From an uncultured Pelagibacteraceae bacterium (GTDB lineage Bacteria; Pseudomonadota; Alphaproteobacteria; Pelagibacterales; Pelagibacteraceae), in assembly GCA_902609675.1 (NCBI GenBank), contig CACLST010000001.1, positions 11,934 to 75,933 on the forward strand: a stretch of 64,000 nucleotides of DNA, read 5' to 3'. Below are positions 58,260 through 64,000 of the stretch, piece after piece. Each line of letters begins with the position of its first letter. The stretch's first letter is position 1. Below the pieces are notes generated by a model, which did no database searches, had not been told where the DNA came from, and worked only from the letters and a program-made list of their open reading frames with translations. The position numbers and the translations under genes were made by a program.

Positions 58260-60044
58260 ATGACTAAAATGACAACTGAAGAAGCATTCATAAAAGTTCT
58301 TCAAATGCACGGGATTGAACACTCGTTTGGAATAATTGGATCAGCTTTTATGGCAATATCTGATTTATTTCCTAAGGCAGGAATTACTTTTTGGGATGTA
58401 GCTCATGAGACTAATGGTGGTTTAATTGCAGACGGATACACAAGAGCAACTGGAAAAATGTCAATGGTTATAGCTCAAAATGGGCCAGGAATTACTGGAT
58501 TAGTTACACCGATTAAAACAGCTTATTGGAACCATACACCTTTATTACTAGTTACTCCTCAAGCAGCAAATAAAACAATGGGTCAAGGTGGCTTTCAAGA
58601 AGTAGAACAGATGAATTTATTTAAAGATATGGTTTGTTATCAAGAAGAGGTTAGAGACCCATCAAGGATGGCTGAAGTACTAAATAGAGTAATTGAAAAA
58701 GCATTTAGAGGTTCTGCACCAGCACAAATAAATGTACCTAGAGATTATTGGACACAAGTAATAGATATTGATTTACCACCAATTGTAAGATTTGAAAGAC
58801 AAGGTGGAGGAAAAGAGGCAATTGAAAAAGCTGCAAAACTTTTATCAGATGCAAAATTTCCAGTAATATTATCTGGAGCAGGAGTGGTAATTGGTAATGC
58901 AATTGATGAATGTAAAAAGTTAGCTGAGAAGTTAGATGCTCCAGTATGCAATGGATATCAACATAACGATAGTTTTCCGGGCAGTCATCCTTTAGCAGTA
59001 GGACCATTAGGATACAATGGTTCAAAAGCTGGAATGGAGTTAATTTCAAAAGCAGATGTAGTTTTGGCTCTAGGAACAAGATTAAATCCTTTTTCAACTT
59101 TACCAGGATACGGAATTGATTATTGGCCAAAAGATGCAACTATTATTCAAGTAGACATGAATCCAGACAGAATTGGACTTACAAAAAAAGTAACAGTTGG
59201 TATCTGTGGAGATGCTAAGATGGTTTCACAACAGATTTTAGAAAAACTTTCACCAACAGCTGGCGACAAGGGTAGAGATGATAGAAAAAATTTAATTCAT
59301 AAAACAAAATCAGCTTGGTTACAAACTCTTACAAGTTTAGATCATGAAGATGATGATCCAGGTACCGTTTGGAATAAAGAAGCTAGAGAAAGAGACTCAG
59401 ACAGAATGTCCCCAAGACAAGCTTGGAGAGCAATTCAAGCTGGAATGCCAGATGATGTAATTATTTCAAGTGATATCGGAAATAATTGTGCAATAGGCAA
59501 TGCATATCCAACTTTTGAAAAACCAAGAAAATATTTAGCACCAGGTTTATTCGGTCCATGTGGATATGGTTTTCCATCAATATTAGGCGCAAAAATTGGA
59601 TGCCCTGACACACCTGTAATTGGTTTTGCTGGTGATGGTGCTTTTGGAATAAGTATGAATGAAATGAGTTCTTGTGCGAGAGAAGAATGGCCTGCAATAA
59701 CTATGGTTATCTTTAGAAACTATCAATGGGGAGCAGAAAAGAGAAATTCTATACTATGGTTTGATGATAATTTTATAGGCACAGAACTTGATCCAGAATT
59801 AAGTTACGCTAAGGTTGCTAATGCATGTGGTTTAAAAGGAGTTGCAGTTAAAACTATGGAAGAAACAACTGCAGCAATTAAGCAATCATGCGAAGATCAA
59901 AAAAAGGGAATTACAACATTTATAGAGGTAATTTTAAACCAAGAATTAGGTGAGCCATTTAGAAGAGACGCTATGAAGAAGCCAGTAGAAGTAGCAGGAA
60001 TTGAAAAAGGTGATATGAAGCCTCAAAAATCATTGGTAGGTTAA
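58260..60044 (+). CDS. xsc: Sulfoacetaldehyde acetyltransferase
   Basis: MTTEEAF, FGIIGSA, AQNGPGIT, YWNHTP, SDIGN, GDGAFG, WGAEKRN, LGEPFRRDA. Confidence 0.95.
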   Translation: MTKMTTEEAFIKVLQMHGIEHSFGIIGSAFMAISDLFPKAGITFWDVAHETNGGLIADGYTRATGKMSMVIAQNGPGITGLVTPIKTAYWNHTPLLLVTPQAANKTMGQGGFQEVEQMNLFKDMVCYQEEVRDPSRMAEVLNRVIEKAFRGSAPAQINVPRDYWTQVIDIDLPPIVRFERQGGGKEAIEKAAKLLSDAKFPVILSGAGVVIGNAIDECKKLAEKLDAPVCNGYQHNDSFPGSHPLAVGPLGYNGSKAGMELISKADVVLALGTRLNPFSTLPGYGIDYWPKDATIIQVDMNPDRIGLTKKVTVGICGDAKMVSQQILEKLSPTAGDKGRDDRKNLIHKTKSAWLQTLTSLDHEDDDPGTVWNKEARERDSDRMSPRQAWRAIQAGMPDDVIISSDIGNNCAIGNAYPTFEKPRKYLAPGLFGPCGYGFPSILGAKIGCPDTPVIGFAGDGAFGISMNEMSSCAREEWPAITMVIFRNYQWGAEKRNSILWFDDNFIGTELDPELSYAKVANACGLKGVAVKTMEETTAAIKQSCEDQKKGITTFIEVILNQELGEPFRRDAMKKPVEVAGIEKGDMKPQKSLVG

Positions 60045-60081
60045 ATAAATATATGTATGATGTCCACTCATACTGTAATTT

Positions 60082-61083
60082 ATGGACGTTAAATTAGAAA
60101 AGTGGTTCAGACCCAATATTGATAAAGAAATCTTAAGAGAGCTCACAAAAAAATCTGACATCAAAGGATTAATACATGTAAGTATTTATTTTAGCTTACT
60201 AAGCATTGTTGGATATTTAGCATATTTAACTTGGGGTACCTGGTGGTCGGTATTTTGGTTTTATATTTATGGAAATATTTTTTGTTTTTGTAATCCAATT
60301 TGGCATGAAACAGGTCATAAAACAGCGTTCAAGACTAAATTTTTAAATGAAATATTTTACCACATCTCATGTTTCATGGCGTACTTTGAACCTACAAGAT
60401 GGAGATTTACACATTTTGTTCACCATGGAAATACTTATTCAACAAAAAATCCTTATGATCATGAAATTGAATATGACAATAATTTAAAAGATACTCCTAA
60501 AAAATTAATAATGAATTTAATTCCTTTTGGTGAACTATTATTTTTCAAAAAAAGTATTGCTTTCGAAGTAATAAAACATGCTTTTGGCATTCAAACTAAA
60601 GTTATGATTGATAGTATTCCAGAAAATGCAAGACCAAGAGCTATTTTGATTTCAAGAATTTATGTTGGTATATGGTTTTCTATAATTGTCTGGTCCTTAT
60701 TAATATCTTCATGGTTACCAGCATTATATTTTTTATTACCTCATTATTATGGAAAAGGATTACACAAGTTTGTTGCCTTTACTCAACATGCTGGTTTAGC
60801 AAGAGATGTAAAAGATCATAGATTATCAGCGAGGGACATGAAATTAAATCCAATTTTAAGCTTTTTGTATTGGAAGATGGAGTATCATTGTGTGCACCAC
60901 ATGTTTCCAACTGTTCCTGCTTATAATTTGGAAAAATTACATCATCATTTAAAAGACCAATTGCCTGAAATAAAAGTTGGATTATTCGAAACTTATAAAG
61001 AAATAATACCAGCTCTTAAAAAACAAATAGAAGAACCTAACTATCACCTTGACATTTTGTTGCCAGAGCAACAATCTTCCTAA
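60082..61083 (+). CDS. Membrane di-iron fatty acid desaturase/hydroxylase family protein
   Basis: His boxes HETGH, HFVHH, YHCVHH; TQHAGL. Confidence 0.85.
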   Translation: MDVKLEKWFRPNIDKEILRELTKKSDIKGLIHVSIYFSLLSIVGYLAYLTWGTWWSVFWFYIYGNIFCFCNPIWHETGHKTAFKTKFLNEIFYHISCFMAYFEPTRWRFTHFVHHGNTYSTKNPYDHEIEYDNNLKDTPKKLIMNLIPFGELLFFKKSIAFEVIKHAFGIQTKVMIDSIPENARPRAILISRIYVGIWFSIIVWSLLISSWLPALYFLLPHYYGKGLHKFVAFTQHAGLARDVKDHRLSARDMKLNPILSFLYWKMEYHCVHHMFPTVPAYNLEKLHHHLKDQLPEIKVGLFETYKEIIPALKKQIEEPNYHLDILLPEQQSS

Positions 61084-61283
61084 TGTATAAAAATTATAAA
61101 TTGTTTTTGTTTTTAGGTGCAGCAATTATTTTTCTTTATTTAAGTGTGGGAAAATATGAAGAATTTAGTTTAAAAAAGTCTATAGCAGCATGCACAATTG
61201 CAAAAAGTAAATTAAAAAAAGAGTTGAAACCAGATCAAGCAAGAGAAATTTGTGAAAAAGAAGTTAAAAAATGGAAAAAATAG
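61083..61283 (+). CDS. Small membrane-anchored protein
   Basis: N-terminal TM, two Cys; TAATG coupling to the desaturase gene. Confidence 0.6.
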   Translation: MYKNYKLFLFLGAAIIFLYLSVGKYEEFSLKKSIAACTIAKSKLKKELKPDQAREICEKEVKKWKK

Positions 61284-62182
61284 GTTTAATTCTTTATCTT
61301 TTATTATTCTTAATATTTAATGCTAATGCAAGTAATACAAAACTTAGAAAATATGAGTCTTACTCTGATCAATTAACTTGGAAATCTATAGACTTTAATT
61401 TACCAAAGGGAGAATGGATTTATTATAGCAAAAGATCTTATTCGCTGGAGAATTTTCATGGATCTTGTGCAAACTTTTTAAATTTAAAAAAAAAACATAT
61501 AAATGGTCATTTTCAAATCTGTTATATTTCTAGTGGGGGTAAGTGGAGACAAGCATTAGGTGCTGCATTGAAAAATGAATGGAAAAATAATAAATATGAT
61601 AATTGTTCTCTTAAGCAAGAATATTTCTACACAAATGCTATTTTTAAAGGAGCTAGCTCAAATTGCTTTGTAAGTAGACACATTGATCCAAACAAAGAGA
61701 TATATTTTCCTGACGACCCTTCGGACACAGATAGCTCAGGTTTAAAAAAATTTATAAAAGATCAGTCTCTACTATTGCCTAAAATTATGCTGTCATTCGA
61801 TAGTATTTATTTCTCGAATAGAAATGATAAATCTATAGGGATTTCAGTTCAAATAAATCCAGAACACTATGGTGCCAAACAAACACTATTTCAAAATGAA
61901 GAAAATAGTGAATACCATAGAGATAAAATTAATAATTATCCGTTAAAGAATTTATTTTTTTTATCTTTGACAAAAAAAATGTCAATCGAGCATAGTTTTT
62001 TAGAGGAACAACTTGGAGCTAATAGTGATTTTAAATTAGATTTTAGCGATTTAAATGTCTCAATTCAAAGTGAAAGTTCAACAAATTTTATTCAAGACTT
62101 AAATAAAATAAATGAATTGTATAAATCTGGAATATTAAATGCCGAAGAATTTGAAAAAGCTAAAAAAAAGTTGTTGAATTAA
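61271..62182 (+). CDS. Exported protein with C-terminal SHOCT domain
   Basis: Signal peptide, 4 Cys, LNKINELYKSGILNAEEFEKAKKKLL. Confidence 0.78.
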   Translation: MEKIGLILYLLLFLIFNANASNTKLRKYESYSDQLTWKSIDFNLPKGEWIYYSKRSYSLENFHGSCANFLNLKKKHINGHFQICYISSGGKWRQALGAALKNEWKNNKYDNCSLKQEYFYTNAIFKGASSNCFVSRHIDPNKEIYFPDDPSDTDSSGLKKFIKDQSLLLPKIMLSFDSIYFSNRNDKSIGISVQINPEHYGAKQTLFQNEENSEYHRDKINNYPLKNLFFLSLTKKMSIEHSFLEEQLGANSDFKLDFSDLNVSIQSESSTNFIQDLNKINELYKSGILNAEEFEKAKKKLLN

Positions 62183-62417
62183 AATATTAAGACTATTTTT
62201 ATTCGATTTTAATTAGTATATTTTTTTTATTATTATTTTTTAGTTATAAAATTTTATAAAGATCTAAAAAAAAGTTTCTGAGTTAAATTCTTTTATTGAT
62301 AACAAAGGCAGTAATTATAAGATAAATAAAAATATACATAAAGATAAAATAATTATAATAATTTATACACAAAATTTCTGGGTAGCGAGATATAATTAAA
62401 TACTTAAATGAAATTTT

Positions 62418-63683
62418 TTAAAGAAGGCTTGGAAGCCAAGTAGAAAAAATTGGAAACAAAATCATTAATATTCCATATATAATTCCAACAATTGTAAACA
62501 ATGGAACTTCTTTAAAAGCATTAGCAGGATTTTCTTTAATTACACCTGCAGCAGTATATATTCCTACACAAACGGGAGGTGTAATCATACCTATTCCAGC
62601 AAAAGCAACAAATACTACATATAAATGAAGTAAGCTTTGATCGAAAGATAATGTCAAAGCCGCAAAAATTGGAACTGTTAAATAAAATACTGGTACAATT
62701 TCAATAAAAGTTCCTAAAACTAAACATACTATACCTAACATAGCCCAAAATAAATTTACACTTACGCCCATATCAGTAAAGTAAGTAATAATTTTTTGAG
62801 GGGCTTGAGTATAAGTAAGCACAACACTTAAAAAAGTAGCAGTTGCAATAATAGAAAATATAACAGCAGTAATTATAGCTGTATCTTTCAAACAACTTAA
62901 CAGAGATGAAAATGTTAATTCTCTATAAATTAAAAATCCTATTGCTACAGCATAAACACCTGCAATTGCTGCGGATTCCGATGGTGTTAAAAAACCTGCA
63001 TATATTCCACCTAAGATTATAATTGGTGTTATTAAAGCCGGAAGTGCTGCAACAAAAGAACTTAATCTTTCTTTAAGAGTCGCCTTTTTATCTGCTCTTA
63101 TATGTCTGCATTTAAATAAAACTAATAGAACCATTAAAATTAGAAGTATAATTCCCGGTATCACTCCAGCTGCAAATGTTTTCGATACAGGGACATATGT
63201 CAGTGCACTAAATAAAATAGCAGCATTTGACGGTGGTATTAAAGCTTCAAGTAGAGCAGCTGATGCTGCCAAAACAACAACAAACGGAGTGGGATAACCT
63301 TGCTCAATCATTTTGGGCATCATAATTGTTCCTACTGCAGTAATTGCAGCTAATATAGATCCACAGAATGCAGCAAAAAACCCCATCGCTATAACCATTG
63401 CAACACCTAAGCCTCCAGGCCAATGCCCAACTAAAGTTGTTGCAAATTTTACAAGTCTAAGCGCTGCACCACCTTTAAGCATTGCCATTCCACTGAATAT
63501 AAATAACGGTACAGCTATAAGGACATGTTTTGTAAGAGCCCCAAAAGATACTTGAATTAAAACAGACCAAGGAAGATTTAGTCCACCAATAGCAGCTATA
63601 GAGCTACCTAAACCAAATACCAAAAAAATAGGAACAGAAATTATTAATGCTACTAAAGATAATATAGACGCTAATACAAACAT
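62418..63683 (-). CDS. dctM: TRAP transporter large permease
   Basis: AVPLF, PGGLG, FFAAFCGS, LIPPSN, TPSES, ITPPVC. Confidence 0.9.
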   Translation of the reverse strand: MFVLASILSLVALIISVPIFLVFGLGSSIAAIGGLNLPWSVLIQVSFGALTKHVLIAVPLFIFSGMAMLKGGAALRLVKFATTLVGHWPGGLGVAMVIAMGFFAAFCGSILAAITAVGTIMMPKMIEQGYPTPFVVVLAASAALLEALIPPSNAAILFSALTYVPVSKTFAAGVIPGIILLILMVLLVLFKCRHIRADKKATLKERLSSFVAALPALITPIIILGGIYAGFLTPSESAAIAGVYAVAIGFLIYRELTFSSLLSCLKDTAIITAVIFSIIATATFLSVVLTYTQAPQKIITYFTDMGVSVNLFWAMLGIVCLVLGTFIEIVPVFYLTVPIFAALTLSFDQSLLHLYVVFVAFAGIGMITPPVCVGIYTAAGVIKENPANAFKEVPLFTIVGIIYGILMILFPIFSTWLPSLL

Positions 63684-64000
63684 TTAATTTCTTATTAAAT
63701 TTAAAATGTTGTCGAATAATAATTCTAATGATGATAGGGCTAATATTAAAAAACCAACAGGAAATGCTAAAAACATCCACCATATAGGAATGCTAATTTC
63801 AATTTCCATGACTTGACCTAAATTGAAATACATTATTGTTGCATCAAGACCAGCTTTAAAGAATATACAGGCGGATATAAGTGCAACTATATTTACAATT
63901 AAAAACAAAATTTCCTTATTTTTTTTTGACAATAAAGGAGTTAAAAAATCAACTTTTATATGTTGTCCTTTTTTTAAAAGAGGTCCTAATAATGGGAATA
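63684..64000 (-). CDS. dctQ: TRAP transporter small permease (5' end beyond window)
   Basis: Frame stays open to the window end: FPLLGPLLKKGQHIKVDFLTPLLSKK...; HI.VD motif of DctQ. Confidence 0.85.
   Translation of the reverse strand, partial: FPLLGPLLKKGQHIKVDFLTPLLSKKNKEILFLIVNIVALISACIFFKAGLDATIMYFNLGQVMEIEISIPIWWMFLAFPVGFLILALSSLELLFDNILNLIRN

Noticed and set aside
58170-58322. 51-aa N-terminal extension of suyA in the ORF track
   Set aside because: It overlaps the xsc start on the opposite strand and has no SAF similarity.
62183-62417. Very AT-rich spacer as a possible gene remnant or small ORF
   Set aside because: Only short ORFs of about 18-30 codons with no RBS or motif; cannot be supported.
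1436-63555. Many short antisense or alternate-frame ORFs in the track (e.g. 1436-1699, 1525-1875, 11336-11785, 29539-29820, 41323-41637, 58738-59139, 63313-63555)
   Set aside because: They lie opposite or inside well-supported genes and show no motifs; they are shadow ORFs.
1-64000. tRNA/rRNA genes, prophage, integrase, IS elements, defence systems
   Set aside because: No tRNA-like arms, transposase, integrase, nuclease or methylase motifs seen; nearly all sequence is accounted for by metabolic and housekeeping CDS. A tRNAscan/Infernal run would confirm.

Overview
AT-rich (roughly 30% GC by eye), gene-dense bacterial chromosome segment with short intergenic spacers. Gene content and order (tauABC-aminotransferase-ald, TPP-riboswitch/thiV, hup-amtB without glnK, aprMBA, suyAB-xsc) strongly suggest a streamlined marine alphaproteobacterium of the SAR11/Pelagibacterales type; this is an inference from recalled gene content, not a database result. 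The dominant theme is uptake and catabolism of small organic solutes, especially sulfonates: HpsN (DHPS), ComC-like dehydrogenase, SuyAB (sulfolactate), TauABC/omega-aminotransferase/Ald/Xsc/Pta (taurine), AprMBA and TauE (sulfite handling). The window also holds betaine-type ABC, AfuABC-like ABC and two TRAP transporters, and housekeeping genes (rseP, hup, amtB, bcp, recX, cysQ, mnmA, metC, pabBAC). I saw no tRNA, rRNA, CRISPR, integrase or IS element. Best leads: (1) a tandem winged-helix protein divergent from a small membrane-anchored protein, with three copies of an ACCCATTTYRGACA box that recurs in front of the taurine divergon; (2) a HIT nucleotidyl enzyme directly upstream of aprMBA with no sat nearby; (3) a TPP-riboswitch variant with a degenerate pyrophosphate-sensing arm upstream of thiV, preceded by further structured RNA; (4) an unannotated 27-aa highly basic peptide with a strong RBS; (5) an 'iron' ABC system that looks like a sugar-phosphate AfuABC.
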